Shown: positions 47,455 to 57,128 of the stretch, in pieces | Layout of the letters: every line of letters starts with the position of its first letter | Numbering within the stretch: position 1 is the first letter of the stretch | Assembly (NCBI GenBank): GCA_965213625.1 | Contig: CBDBZU010000004.1 | Span: 3,712,001 to 3,776,000, forward strand | Direction of reading: 5' to 3' | DNA length: 64,000 bases | From: a bacterium | GTDB lineage: Bacteria; UBA8248 | The notes under the pieces: model-generated | The model's input: only the letters and a program-made list of their open reading frames with translations | Database searches by the model: none | What the model was told of the DNA's origin: nothing | Program-made: the position numbers and the translations under genes

Positions 47455-47877
47455 ATGAATTACTGGGCGTACGTCCATCCGACTTTTCAGATCGCGACGC
47501 TCTCGCTGGGCCTGATCACGCTGTCGAACGGCTTGCGGGTGAGGCGCTCGCGCAAGGGGGGAGCCGGCCCCGAGACGGCGCGGGTCGCCCGCCTGCACAT
47601 GCGGCTCGGGCGTTGGTTTGTTGCTCTTTTTTCCGTGGGTTACGCACTGGGGTTGGGGGGTATGCGCTTCGCCCTGGAAGGACCTCTCTACGAGACGGCG
47701 CACAGCTATTTCGCCACCCTGTCCCTGGTACTGTTCTGGTCGACGGCCTATCTGGGCCGGAGGCTGAGGAGAAACCTGGGCAACGAGGATTTAAGGCAGA
47801 TTCACTCCTATTGCGGGTTCCTGGCCGTCTTCATCGCCCTGTTCGTCGCCGTTCTGGGGATGCGGCTGCTCCCCTAG
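47455..47877 (+). CDS. Four-TM His-containing membrane protein (DUF4079/cytochrome b561-like)
   Basis: Four hydrophobic helices, each with a His (VHP, LHM, AHS, IHS). Confidence 0.65.
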   Translation: MNYWAYVHPTFQIATLSLGLITLSNGLRVRRSRKGGAGPETARVARLHMRLGRWFVALFSVGYALGLGGMRFALEGPLYETAHSYFATLSLVLFWSTAYLGRRLRRNLGNEDLRQIHSYCGFLAVFIALFVAVLGMRLLP

Positions 47878-47938
47878 CATCCCTGATGAAGCGAATCGCA
47901 TCTCTCCGCGAATCACATGGTGAAAGCGGCATTCCCGC

Positions 47939-48748
47939 TCAGGGGCCAAACCTGTATATGAACACCAGGCGCGCGGAGGCCAGTTCTGCGTCGATATGGT
48001 AGGGGCACGCCCGCCGGGGCATACCCGGCCCGCAGGGGTTATCGCCCGAGCGATTGACGTAATGGGTGCTCCGCCCGAAATCCATGTAAGACCCTTCTAT
48101 GCGCATCGTCCAGGAATCGGCCAGCGGGAACTCGAATCCTAAGCCGATCGTCCAGCCGAACTCGGTCGTTACGTCGCGAAAGGAATCGTCGGGATCAAAG
48201 CGCGGCGGCGCGTCCGAGCTGAAATCGATGTCGGTCACCGAATGCTCGAACCGGGCGGCTGCGATTCCGCCGGAAACGAACGCCTTCACGGGGCCGATGG
48301 GCTGCTCGAACCCGGCGCGCGCCGTCGCCATCCACCGGATATCCGAATCCACAGTCTCATCCATCCCTTGCGGATCCAGCCTGTTCGACGCCGCCTTGAC
48401 GTCCCCGAACGTAGCGTCCACTTCAACCCGGAGCGGCAGGCCGCCGAGGTGGAATTTCGCGCCAATCAACCCGCCGGCAAGGAAACCGGAATCTCGATAA
48501 TCGAGCGCCGACCCGGCATTGCCCCAGTTCGCGAACCCGTCGACGTCGACGATCCGGTTTTCCGTACGCGCGAAGCCGGCGTACGCGCCCGCGTACGTCG
48601 AGGCCCACCCGAACCCGGCGTCGCCCTCCCCGGCGCTTGCGGGAGCCGCGAACGCCAGCGTCAAAATGATGGAAAGCGCTATCACTACACGGCGCCATGC
48701 GCCGCACCGCCACAAATTTTCTGTCACCGTTGCCGTCCTTTCACTCAT
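47939..48748 (-). CDS. Outer-membrane beta-barrel protein (Omp25/RopB-like)
   Basis: Signal peptide, YAGAYAG, GWTIGLGFE, terminal aromatic strand YRF; start uncertain. Confidence 0.75.
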   Translation of the reverse strand: MSERTATVTENLWRCGAWRRVVIALSIILTLAFAAPASAGEGDAGFGWASTYAGAYAGFARTENRIVDVDGFANWGNAGSALDYRDSGFLAGGLIGAKFHLGGLPLRVEVDATFGDVKAASNRLDPQGMDETVDSDIRWMATARAGFEQPIGPVKAFVSGGIAAARFEHSVTDIDFSSDAPPRFDPDDSFRDVTTEFGWTIGLGFEFPLADSWTMRIEGSYMDFGRSTHYVNRSGDNPCGPGMPRRACPYHIDAELASARLVFIYRFGP

Positions 48749-48928
48749 GAGTTTCACCAACGCGCGCATCATAGCAATTTTCACCCGCAATCAATAACCT
48801 CGCCACTCCACTTAATTACTCCATTTTGATACAATTTGCTCGGCGCCGCCGCACCGCGAGGCAAAATGCATGACGACATTCCCTTTCATATTGCCGCATA
48901 GAATTCACTTCCCAGAAGAGGAAGAACC

Positions 48929-49891
48929 ATGCTGAGAAAATCGAGGTTCGTCCTCCTCGTTGCGCTTTTTGTCGCCTCGTATTGGGCGGCCCTTCCGGTT
49001 TATGCGGCGAATCAATCCAAGAATCCATGCGCTGGCAATCCCTGCACGGCGAAAAATCCCTGCGGGGCCAACCCCTGCACAGCTAATAATCCGTGTGCGG
49101 CGAAAAACCCATGCGCGGCCCAGAAACCGGGTGCGGCCAATAACCCCTGCGCGGCGAAGAACGCTTGCGCAAGATCGACAAAAAGCCCCGGGAGCGGCAA
49201 CCAGCTTACCCCCCCTTCGGGCGTTGGGACCCAGGCAAAAAGCAGTATACCGGCCATCACGGATCCACCTCATTTCTACACCCTGAAACGTGACGCAAGC
49301 GTGAAGGACGCCGTCGCCCGGGGCAGGAAACTTTTCCGCAGCATCGGCTGCGTGAGCTGCCACCCCAGAGGCCGCACCATCCGAGGCACCGCGGTGGACG
49401 TAACGGGCGTGAGACACCCGGTGCCCATCCCGACCCTCATCGGAGCGGCGGAGCACTTCCCGCGCCTGAACCCGGTGGAACAGGTAGCGAACGTCGGGCA
49501 GTTCAACGACTGGTGCGCCACGACGTTCATCGGCAACCCGCCCATGGACTCCAAATCTCAGGATTACAAGGACCTGGAAGCTTATGTGGTTTCGCTCTCC
49601 CCCGCGCGCTACAAGCGCATGCTCGAGTGGGAGGCGAAACGTAAGGCGTTCATGAAGACGGTTCAACCCACAGCCGGAGGCGGAAACCCCGGCGGAAGCG
49701 GTGCGGGCGAGCCGAAAATTCCTGTCGGGAATGCTCCCGTAGCCAAGAACCCGTGCGCGCCCCAAAACCCGCCCGCTGCCAAGAACCCCTGCGCGGGGCA
49801 GAATCCGCCTGCTTCCAACAACCCGTGCGCCGCTAAAAACCCATGCGCGAACAACCCATGCGCCGCCAGGAATCCTTGCGCGAAAAAATAA
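48929..49891 (+). CDS. Secreted monoheme cytochrome c (SoxA/TsdA-like domain) with N- and C-terminal NPC cysteine repeats
   Basis: Signal peptide, CVSCH, FNDWC...SQDYKDLEAYV; 13 NPC repeats. Confidence 0.75.
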   Translation: MLRKSRFVLLVALFVASYWAALPVYAANQSKNPCAGNPCTAKNPCGANPCTANNPCAAKNPCAAQKPGAANNPCAAKNACARSTKSPGSGNQLTPPSGVGTQAKSSIPAITDPPHFYTLKRDASVKDAVARGRKLFRSIGCVSCHPRGRTIRGTAVDVTGVRHPVPIPTLIGAAEHFPRLNPVEQVANVGQFNDWCATTFIGNPPMDSKSQDYKDLEAYVVSLSPARYKRMLEWEAKRKAFMKTVQPTAGGGNPGGSGAGEPKIPVGNAPVAKNPCAPQNPPAAKNPCAGQNPPASNNPCAAKNPCANNPCAARNPCAKK

Positions 49892-50023
49892 TAGTGACCT
49901 AACCGGTATACTCAGGTGAGTATCCAGCGCGCTCGTGTTCAAGAAATTCCTCCTCCACCGAACGGGGAGGCGACCTGTACGCCTGCCGCCACATCAGCCG
50001 GAAAGACGACAGAGGTCAGGAGA

Positions 50024-50824
50024 ATGAAATTGTTAAAGAAAGGAGGGTTGTGGATTGTCCTCTCTCTCGCGCTGAGTCTTACCGCGCCCGCCGCCTCCCT
50101 TGCGGCCAAGAGAATCCCCCCAAATCCCGAGACGGCGAAACAAAACGGCGGGGACTACTGGCGAGGCAAGAAGATATACGGGGAAATCTGTTTCTCCTGC
50201 CACGGTGTGAAGGGCGACGGCAAGGGACCGATCTGGCGGACGGTGAGGCCGAGGCCCCAAGTGTTCCTCAGCCCCTATATGAAGCGCATGACGGACGACT
50301 ACATGTTCTCCGTCGTGAAGTTCGGCAAGATGAACGTGCTGAAAAACCAGACCAGGGGCTACAAGATTAAAAACGGCGTCCCCACCGCCATGCCCTCCTT
50401 CGGTGAAGCGCTCGAAGACGACCAGATAAGAAAACTCGTCAAGTGGGTGCGCAGCTTCGGAAAAAGCGAACACCCGAAAGATGCGCAGAGTAGAAAAATC
50501 TTCGCCGACGCCTGCTCCCAGTGCCACGGAAAAAAGGGCCTTGGGGACGGAACCCGCCCCGTGGAGGATCAGGACCCCGAAAAGGCGTTCATCAGCCACA
50601 TTCAGCCGCCGCCGATGAACTATCACCTGAAGGAGCAGATGACGCGCTTCGACGACGGGTTCTTGTTCTGGAACATCAAACTCGGCCGCATCGATGTCAC
50701 TGAACTGAAGAAATACGACTTCATGAAGTCCTACGGCCACCTGCTGAATGACAAGGATATCTGGTCGGTCATCCGCTACATTCGAGAGACGTTCATCAAC
50801 GGAAAGCCGCGAAAGAAAAAATAA
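50024..50824 (+). CDS. Diheme cytochrome c
   Basis: Signal peptide, CFSCH and CSQCH, AMPSF; AGGAG RBS. Confidence 0.88.
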   Translation: MKLLKKGGLWIVLSLALSLTAPAASLAAKRIPPNPETAKQNGGDYWRGKKIYGEICFSCHGVKGDGKGPIWRTVRPRPQVFLSPYMKRMTDDYMFSVVKFGKMNVLKNQTRGYKIKNGVPTAMPSFGEALEDDQIRKLVKWVRSFGKSEHPKDAQSRKIFADACSQCHGKKGLGDGTRPVEDQDPEKAFISHIQPPPMNYHLKEQMTRFDDGFLFWNIKLGRIDVTELKKYDFMKSYGHLLNDKDIWSVIRYIRETFINGKPRKKK

Positions 50825-50872
50825 GGGACGCCCGATAACCTCCCTGCTCCGGCCGCCGCCGGGTGATGAAAG

Positions 50873-51301
50873 ATGCGCTTGTGGAGTCTGCATCCCGAAT
50901 ATCTGGACGCAAAGGGCCTCGTCGCCCTGTGGAGGGAAGCCCTGCTCGCCCAGGCGGTTCTTTCAGGTAAGACGAGGGGCTACCGCCGCCATCCCCAACT
51001 CGAGCGTTTCCGCGCAGGCGGCAGGCCTGCCACCCTTATCGCCGAATATTTGAGAGCCGTATACGCGGAATCCATAAAGCGGGGTTATCATTTCGACTCG
51101 GAGAAAATAGGTCGCAGCCGCACTTCTGCACAGCTAGACGTTACAAGCGGCCAGCTAGAATTCGAATGGCATCACCTGATGAAAAAGCTCGAATCTCGCG
51201 CGCCCGAGCTACACCAAAAATTCGCATCGACGGCGTCGCCCGAACCCCATCCCCTCTTCCGCGTCATGTCGGGCGGTGTCGCCGACTGGGAGCGGCCGTA
51301 A
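50873..51301 (+). CDS. Pyrimidine-dimer DNA glycosylase / endonuclease V family protein
   Basis: MRLWSLHPEYLDAKGLVALWREALLAQ, GYRRHPQL. Confidence 0.85.
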   Translation: MRLWSLHPEYLDAKGLVALWREALLAQAVLSGKTRGYRRHPQLERFRAGGRPATLIAEYLRAVYAESIKRGYHFDSEKIGRSRTSAQLDVTSGQLEFEWHHLMKKLESRAPELHQKFASTASPEPHPLFRVMSGGVADWERP

Positions 51302-51392
51302 GGTCCCGTTTCAGGGCGAGACGCGGGGCGTTGTTTGTGAGAAAATACGCGCGTTGTCCGACGCAAACCTGAATTTAGCAGGGAGTATCATT

Positions 51393-51704
51393 ATGCGTTT
51401 GAACATCGAGGCATCGCGAGATGATATCGCCGCATTTTGCGAACGCTGGCAGGTAACGCAACTCGCCGTCTTCGGCTCGGCGTTGCGCGAAGACTTCGGG
51501 CCCGAGAGCGACGTCGACCTCCTCGTCAGCTTCGATGAGAATGCACGCCATACGCTCTTCGACATGGTTCGTATGGAGGAGGAACTCAATAAGATATTCG
51601 GGCGCGAAGTCGACCTTGTCAGCCGACGCGGCATAGAGAGAAGCCCCAATTATATTCGCCGGAAGGCGATTCTCGAATCTGCGGAACTCGTTTATGGATC
51701 GTGA
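51393..51704 (+). CDS. Minimal nucleotidyltransferase (MNT antitoxin)
   Basis: FGSALREDFGPESDVDLL, GREVDLV. Confidence 0.9.
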   Translation: MRLNIEASRDDIAAFCERWQVTQLAVFGSALREDFGPESDVDLLVSFDENARHTLFDMVRMEEELNKIFGREVDLVSRRGIERSPNYIRRKAILESAELVYGS

Positions 51705-52032
51705 CGTTCAGTATTTGCTGGATATCCTCGCTTCAGCACGGATGGCACGAACCTATGTCGAAGGCGTCATGCAACACGAATTCCTCCGCGACACAAGATT
51801 ACAAGATTCCGTCGTTCGCCGCATAGAAATCATCGGTGAGGCGGCGGGGCGCATCTCATCTGCATTTCGAGATGAAAATTCTGAAATTCCGTGGAACGAG
51901 ATTCGGGGTATGCGTAATCGAATGATCCATGCCTACGACGATATTGATATGGATATCGTTTGGGAAACAGTGCAACAGGACATCCCCCAACTTATTTCCC
52001 AACTCGAACAGCTCGCACTACCGGAGTCTTAG
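51694..52032 (+). CDS. DUF86/HEPN ribonuclease toxin (HepT-like)
   Basis: IIGEAA, PW..IRGMRNRMIHAY (R-x4-H); overlaps the MNT gene. Confidence 0.9.
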   Translation: MDRDVQYLLDILASARMARTYVEGVMQHEFLRDTRLQDSVVRRIEIIGEAAGRISSAFRDENSEIPWNEIRGMRNRMIHAYDDIDMDIVWETVQQDIPQLISQLEQLALPES

Positions 52033-52034
52033 CC

Positions 52035-52862
52035 TTAAGCTCTCTCATCCCCCGCCCAGAGTTTGACGAGGGTGTGAAACTCCCCGTTTTCACCGAACCG
52101 GTCGATACGCTCGGGCAAGGCCGTCATCATCGCGCGGTCGAAGCGCTGTCCAACGCGTACTATGCCCAGGGCTTCTTCCGTCACCGCCGATACTTCGCAG
52201 ACTGCGCCGCTCGCTTCCAGGTCATCCATCAGCGCCTCATACGGCGCGCCCCACAGCGGGAAGTGAAGCGATGCGCCGCAAGACGCGGCTAATTCTCGAA
52301 ACGCCTCCACGCGCCAATCGCGAATGTGCTCGAGGTGCAGGTCGCCGAAGACGAAGCGGGCAATGCGCGGAATCATGCGGGCCGCCTCGCCAATGCGGAC
52401 CTCATACGCCTCTCCCGGATGGAGGGGCACGCCCAGCAGCGGGACTCCCATGTGCTCGGCCTGGCGCGCCACCAGTTCGATACCGATCTCCTGGTGCGCG
52501 ATCTTGCGGCTCGCCGCATCAAAGGTGGTGAACAGAACGATTGGCCTTCGGCCTTCGCGCTGCAAGGCCCGGTAGGTGAGAAAGCTGTCCTTCCCGCCGC
52601 TCCAGAAGAGCACGTCGGCGGGTTCGGTGGGCGGGCGGACGCCGGTCATCCAGGCGGGCCGGCGGGCGAGGCGGGGGCGCTCTTCCACCGGAACCGCTTC
52701 ATGCGCATAGGGACAGTGGCGGCAGCCGCTGCCGCAGCAATTCCCGCGCCGCCTGAGCCCGACCTCGGTGAAAACGCGCCAGCCCGTCTCGGGGTCGATG
52801 TAGAACTCCTCCCCATCGCGGCAAGCGCGCTCATGGAGAGTCGACCAGTTATCCTGGTTCAT
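52035..52862 (-). CDS. DUF5522-like Cys-rich domain fused to a PP-loop ATP pyrophosphatase (diphthine-ammonia ligase-like)
   Basis: YIDPETG...CCGSGCRHCPY; WSGGKDS, FGDLHL, FPLWG, GENGEFHT. Confidence 0.8.
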   Translation of the reverse strand: MNQDNWSTLHERACRDGEEFYIDPETGWRVFTEVGLRRRGNCCGSGCRHCPYAHEAVPVEERPRLARRPAWMTGVRPPTEPADVLFWSGGKDSFLTYRALQREGRRPIVLFTTFDAASRKIAHQEIGIELVARQAEHMGVPLLGVPLHPGEAYEVRIGEAARMIPRIARFVFGDLHLEHIRDWRVEAFRELAASCGASLHFPLWGAPYEALMDDLEASGAVCEVSAVTEEALGIVRVGQRFDRAMMTALPERIDRFGENGEFHTLVKLWAGDERA

Positions 52863-52889
52863 GGCTCTTTCGGTTCGCTCCGGTGGATA

Positions 52890-53834
52890 TCAGGCCGCGC
52901 CCGTTTCGAGACGCTCCCAGCCCGCGCCCTCGTGTCCGAAGGAGAAGACATCGGGATGCAGAATCTCCGCCAGAATCTCGGCGGATTCGACCAGCCTGGG
53001 TCCGGGGCGGTTGAAGAACTGGTTGCCGTCGGTGACGAACACTTCTCCCCTTTGCACGGCTTCCAGGCGCACCCACTCCGGCCTTCCGGTGAGCGCGGCA
53101 AGCTCTTGGCGCGAACGGGGGATGTCGAAACCGCACGGCATGAGCACGATGGCCTCAGACCTGGTCTTTTCCAGAGCCTCCCATTCGAGCCAGGCGGAGT
53201 GTTCGCCTCGAACGCCCAGAACGTCCTCCCCGCCCGCGATCTCCACGAGCTCGGGCACCCAGTTGCCCGCTGACATGAGCGGGTCGTACCACTCGATGCA
53301 GGCCACTCGCGGCCTGCGGCCTATTTCCTGCGCGCGCCCGGCGATGGCGTCGAGCCGCCCACGCAATTTCGCCAGCAGTGACTCGCCGCGCTTGCGGACT
53401 CCCAGGGCATCGGCCACCGAGGCGATATCTCGCCAGACGTCGTTTAGTTCATTCGGTTCAAGCGAAAGAACGTCGGGTTTCGAGCGCACCAGTTTCCGGA
53501 CGGCCGCCTGAACGTCCGCCAGACTCACGGCGCAGAGTTCGCACTGTGACTGCGTGACCACCAGGTCCGGCGCCAGTTCGTCGAGCAAAGCGGTGTCGAC
53601 GCTGTAGACCGAGACGGCTTCTTGCAGCACCGCCTTCACGCGCTCGTCAATCTCGCGGCTCGTGCCGTTCGTGTCGAACTTGGGCGCCGTGCAGGGAGGC
53701 AGCGCATCGATTCCGGAGGGATAATCGCACTCGTGCGAGCGGCCCACGATGCGGTCGCCACATCCTAAGGAGTGGATGATCTCGGTGCTGCTCGGCAGGA
53801 GCGATACGACGCGGTTCAAGAACCCACCCTCCAT
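52890..53834 (-). CDS. Cobalamin/siderophore-type ABC substrate-binding protein (BtuF-like)
   Basis: RVVSLLPSSTE, GRSHECDYP, TQSQCELC, FNRPGPRL. Confidence 0.85.
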   Translation of the reverse strand: MEGGFLNRVVSLLPSSTEIIHSLGCGDRIVGRSHECDYPSGIDALPPCTAPKFDTNGTSREIDERVKAVLQEAVSVYSVDTALLDELAPDLVVTQSQCELCAVSLADVQAAVRKLVRSKPDVLSLEPNELNDVWRDIASVADALGVRKRGESLLAKLRGRLDAIAGRAQEIGRRPRVACIEWYDPLMSAGNWVPELVEIAGGEDVLGVRGEHSAWLEWEALEKTRSEAIVLMPCGFDIPRSRQELAALTGRPEWVRLEAVQRGEVFVTDGNQFFNRPGPRLVESAEILAEILHPDVFSFGHEGAGWERLETGAA

Positions 53835-53973
53835 AAACGATGAAATTCGACCACAAGAATCCTAGCACACCATGATTTCTTATGCCGTCGCTCTTTCGTC
53901 GCCACTTCGCCATAAGCTTTAAGGAGAAGTGAGGGATCAGGTTTTTTCTAGGCCATTCAGAAATAATTCCTCT

Positions 53974-54393
53974 TCAAGGCTTCACCTCATCGCTCAGTCG
54001 TCTCTCCACTTCCCGCGTTACCCGCAGTAACGCGGCAATGAGTTCCTCACCCACATCCAACACACCCTCATACTCGGCGAGGTTGCGTTTGCGATGGGCG
54101 TTATCCAGCACGCGCCACTGCGCCTGCGGCAGGTCGATGGTGTGCTGGAGACATTGAAAAACCAGATAGCGCGAGTCGGAGCGGTAGTTTCGCCTGCGCA
54201 ACGCGGCGAGCGCCAGTGCGTGGGCCGCGTTGTAGGCCAGATCGAAACGGCTCTCCAGGCTCAGTTCTTCTCGCTCGGCGTCGTTCAGGCGGCGAACGCC
54301 AGAGCGAATCAGGCCTTCGATTTCCTCATCGGCTGCCGGCTCACTCTTGAGCCTGCCAATACGCACCAGATTATCCAGTTGTGGGTGCGTCAT
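53974..54393 (-). CDS. HEPN-like protein (putative toxin)
   Basis: RFDLAYNAAH, RKRNLAEYEG; overlaps the upstream HTH-MNT gene. Confidence 0.7.
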   Translation of the reverse strand: MTHPQLDNLVRIGRLKSEPAADEEIEGLIRSGVRRLNDAEREELSLESRFDLAYNAAHALALAALRRRNYRSDSRYLVFQCLQHTIDLPQAQWRVLDNAHRKRNLAEYEGVLDVGEELIAALLRVTREVERRLSDEVKP

Positions 54394-55063
54394 CTTCCTC
54401 TCCAATGAGGATGATGTGTTCACCGGCGAGCACGTTCGTCACAAAAGGGTTTCCGGCGGCTCTGCGTTCATTGAACTCCCGGGAAGTGTAAAGCGTGGGA
54501 CTGATCCTACGGGAAAGACTGATCTCCACCGGCGAGAGTGCGGTATATACTTCCTCCAGCATCACACTGTCGGCGACAACGAGCAGGTCGACGTCGCTAC
54601 CCGCAGTTTCGGTCCCCTCTACGACCGACCCGTACACCAAGGCGAGCTTCACACGATCGAATAGCGGCTCCAACGCCCGCCGGATCGGTTCCGCCGGGGC
54701 GAGCGTCTTGCGGACGATGCCGCTCATCTCCTCATACACCGGACAGTCTGGATTGGCCTGGTAATGCTTCTGCCTGCCGATAGGTGTGACGCTTACCAGA
54801 CCGCTGGATGCGAAGCGCTTGAGCTCACGCTGCACGGCGCCGGAGCCGGACCCCGTCAACCGGATCAATTCGCTGGCGAAAAAGCTCCGTCCGGGTTGGC
54901 CGAACAGGAGCGCCAGGAGCCGCTGCTGGGTGGTGGTGAAAAGCGCATCCGCAAGACCGGTAGTTGCAGCGTCGGACCCGGACGGCTTGCGGCGAGTGAT
55001 GCGTGAGAGATGTGTTGTCGTTATATTTCCCATAATGGGCATTATGATGCCCATTTTAGGCAT
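54371..55063 (-). CDS. HTH-nucleotidyltransferase fusion (putative antitoxin/autoregulator)
   Basis: wHTH (GSGAVQRELKR) plus YGSVVEGTETAGSDVDLL; start uncertain. Confidence 0.8.
   Translation of the reverse strand: MPKMGIIMPIMGNITTTHLSRITRRKPSGSDAATTGLADALFTTTQQRLLALLFGQPGRSFFASELIRLTGSGSGAVQRELKRFASSGLVSVTPIGRQKHYQANPDCPVYEEMSGIVRKTLAPAEPIRRALEPLFDRVKLALVYGSVVEGTETAGSDVDLLVVADSVMLEEVYTALSPVEISLSRRISPTLYTSREFNERRAAGNPFVTNVLAGEHIILIGEEDDAPTTG
55029..55060. promoter_or_regulatory. Palindromic operator candidate at the 5' end of the HTH-MNT gene
   Basis: AATGGGCAT-TATG-ATGCCCATT inverted repeat; CCCATAATGGG and CCCATTTTAGG boxes. Confidence 0.5.
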
Positions 55064-55193
55064 ATTGCAAGCAGGGATATCGAATTATCCCGATGCTCGA
55101 CACACGGCAAGTCGTTCCCTCCCCTTGCCGGGTCGCCTCCCCTCTGCTAGTTTTTTGGAAAATCCAACCATTCTTTTCAGGAGGAAGCGCGCG

Positions 55194-55718
55194 ATGGCGG
55201 AATTCACCGTAGCCAATTTCAAGGACGTATCCGGGGGTCTGCAAGAGGGCCAGTTCGCAGTCGGCGAGCGGAAGAAGGCCAGCGGTCTGGCGGATATTGA
55301 CCCCATCTATAGAGATTTGCTCGATAAGCCGATTACGGTCACGCTGGGCCTCATCGGCCCCGACGGGCGCGTGAACATGACGCCCATGTGGTTCGACTAC
55401 GAGGGCGACACGATTCTGGTGAACACCGCCGCTCATCGCGCAAAATGCGGATGGATACGAAACAACCCGCAGTTGACGATCCTGCTCGTGAACCCCGAGA
55501 ACCCCTACCACTGGATGAGCATCAAGTGCACGGTGGTGAACGAGATACGAGAGGACGGGCCGGGCGGCGAGAAGGCGACCGAGCAACTCGACCGCATCTG
55601 GACAAAATACACGGGCGCGGACCCGCCCTATGCACTCAGGGACCCCGTGATCGACGAGAAGCGCGTACTCTTTGAGTGCCGCGTGGACCGGGTCGCCACG
55701 TTCGGAAAACCGGCGTAA
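55194..55718 (+). CDS. Pyridoxamine 5'-phosphate oxidase-like (PPOX class) protein
   Basis: DGRVNMTPMWF, VNTA..RAK, RNNPQL; AGGAGG RBS. Confidence 0.82.
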   Translation: MAEFTVANFKDVSGGLQEGQFAVGERKKASGLADIDPIYRDLLDKPITVTLGLIGPDGRVNMTPMWFDYEGDTILVNTAAHRAKCGWIRNNPQLTILLVNPENPYHWMSIKCTVVNEIREDGPGGEKATEQLDRIWTKYTGADPPYALRDPVIDEKRVLFECRVDRVATFGKPA

Positions 55719-55827
55719 CGAAGTACGATCCGAGGAGTCGGTTCCGAGCGACGTAAGGGATATTGCGAGCCGATATTTTCCCCGTACCCGGGCTTTCGCA
55801 AACCCTCCTTCATCGGTCGGGGCTGAA

Positions 55828-56958
55828 CTACCAGACGCAGCCGCGCGCAGCCACGGGGATCACGGCTTCGAGGACGCCCTCTTCCATCCCGCCGCGAACG
55901 CCGTGGTAGACGTCGTAGAGGTTGATGGTCGGGTCGCAGTGGCTGGGCTGGAACAGGAGCGTCTCGCTGATTTCTGGACGCCTCGAGGCCGGGGAAAGTT
56001 CCAGCACGCCGTGTTCATCCGATGCCCGCGCGTGCACGGCGCCTTCGAGTTCCAGGCAGGGTGCCAGCCCGCTGTCGGAAGAAAGCGCCTTGTGACCGGC
56101 GTCCATCACCACGTGTCCGGGACCGGGCGCGCTCACCACGGTCGTCAGCACGAACAGGCTGGGCTTGAAGTCGTCATAAATATCCGATTCCTCGCCGCCT
56201 ATGCTGCGGTAGTGCGAATCCATGAAGAGATAGCTCCCCGCCTGAAGCTCGTTCAACACGCCCGATTCCGCGTCCCAGCGCCATGAACCCGTGCCGCCGC
56301 CGCTCCTGATTTCCATCGGAAGCCCGGCGGCCTCGAATGCGTCCACCGTCTCGCGCATCCGCGCTATGGCCTCGGCGTAGACTTGGCGCCGCTCGGCGAA
56401 TCCGTCCACGTGCTGGGCGCCGCCCTGGTAGGCCTGAATCCCCTTGAGTTCGAGTCCTTTCGCCGCCTCCACACGCCGGGCCAGTTCTACCGCCACCTCT
56501 CCCGGCGCCACGCCGCAGCGGCCCTGGCCCACATCCACGTCGACGAGCACGCCGATGTCCGCTCCCGCCGCCGTCACGGCTTCTGCGAGCATCGCCACCC
56601 CCTGGGGGTGATCCACCACCACCATCAGGCTCGTATGGCGCGCGAGCGCTGCCAGACGCCTGAGTTTCGAGACGGCCGTGACCTCGCTGCTCACGAGTAC
56701 GTTCTCGATACCGCCCTCCACCATCACCTCGGCCTCGCTCACCTTCTGGCAGCACACGCCCACGGCGCCGAGCGCCATCTGCTTTCTCGCGAGCCAGGGA
56801 CTCTTGTGCGTCTTGGCATGGGCGCGAAGACTGACGCCCGTACCTTCCAGGCGCTTCGCCATCAGGGCGAGGTTCTCCTCCATGACGTCGAGGTCGACTA
56901 TCAGGGCAGGCGTTTCGATTTCACGCACCGGCGTTCCGATGCTCTGGGTGGAGGGCAT
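55828..56958 (-). CDS. DSD1-family PLP-dependent enzyme (D-threonine aldolase/D-serine dehydratase-like)
   Basis: TPALIVD, RAHAKTHK, GGGTGS, ELQAGSYLFMD, SDEHG, HCDPT. Confidence 0.9.
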   Translation of the reverse strand: MPSTQSIGTPVREIETPALIVDLDVMEENLALMAKRLEGTGVSLRAHAKTHKSPWLARKQMALGAVGVCCQKVSEAEVMVEGGIENVLVSSEVTAVSKLRRLAALARHTSLMVVVDHPQGVAMLAEAVTAAGADIGVLVDVDVGQGRCGVAPGEVAVELARRVEAAKGLELKGIQAYQGGAQHVDGFAERRQVYAEAIARMRETVDAFEAAGLPMEIRSGGGTGSWRWDAESGVLNELQAGSYLFMDSHYRSIGGEESDIYDDFKPSLFVLTTVVSAPGPGHVVMDAGHKALSSDSGLAPCLELEGAVHARASDEHGVLELSPASRRPEISETLLFQPSHCDPTINLYDVYHGVRGGMEEGVLEAVIPVAARGCVW

Positions 56959-57128
56959 GAGAAATCTTCCTCCGGGAGAAATCGCTAGTAATTATCATGA
57001 GCGCTTCATCGAAGAATATCACCTAACAGGCGGGGCGGGAACCGGCTTGCCCGCCGCCCTCTCATGACGCATGATTGATTTTCCTGATCTCAGGCAATTT
57101 TTTTCTTGCTTCCGGAGGGTTTTTCTTC

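Noticed and set aside
48905-49942. 345-aa antisense ORF over the NPC-repeat cytochrome
   Set aside because: Shadow ORF produced by repetitive GC-rich codons; no motifs
52860-52892. BtuF-like and DUF5522-ATPase ORFs are in the same frame, separated by one TGA plus 9 sense codons (possible readthrough or Sec fusion)
   Set aside because: The TGA is not at a Cys-equivalent position, there is no SECIS-like hairpin, and the second gene has its own ATG; a shared frame has a 1-in-3 chance
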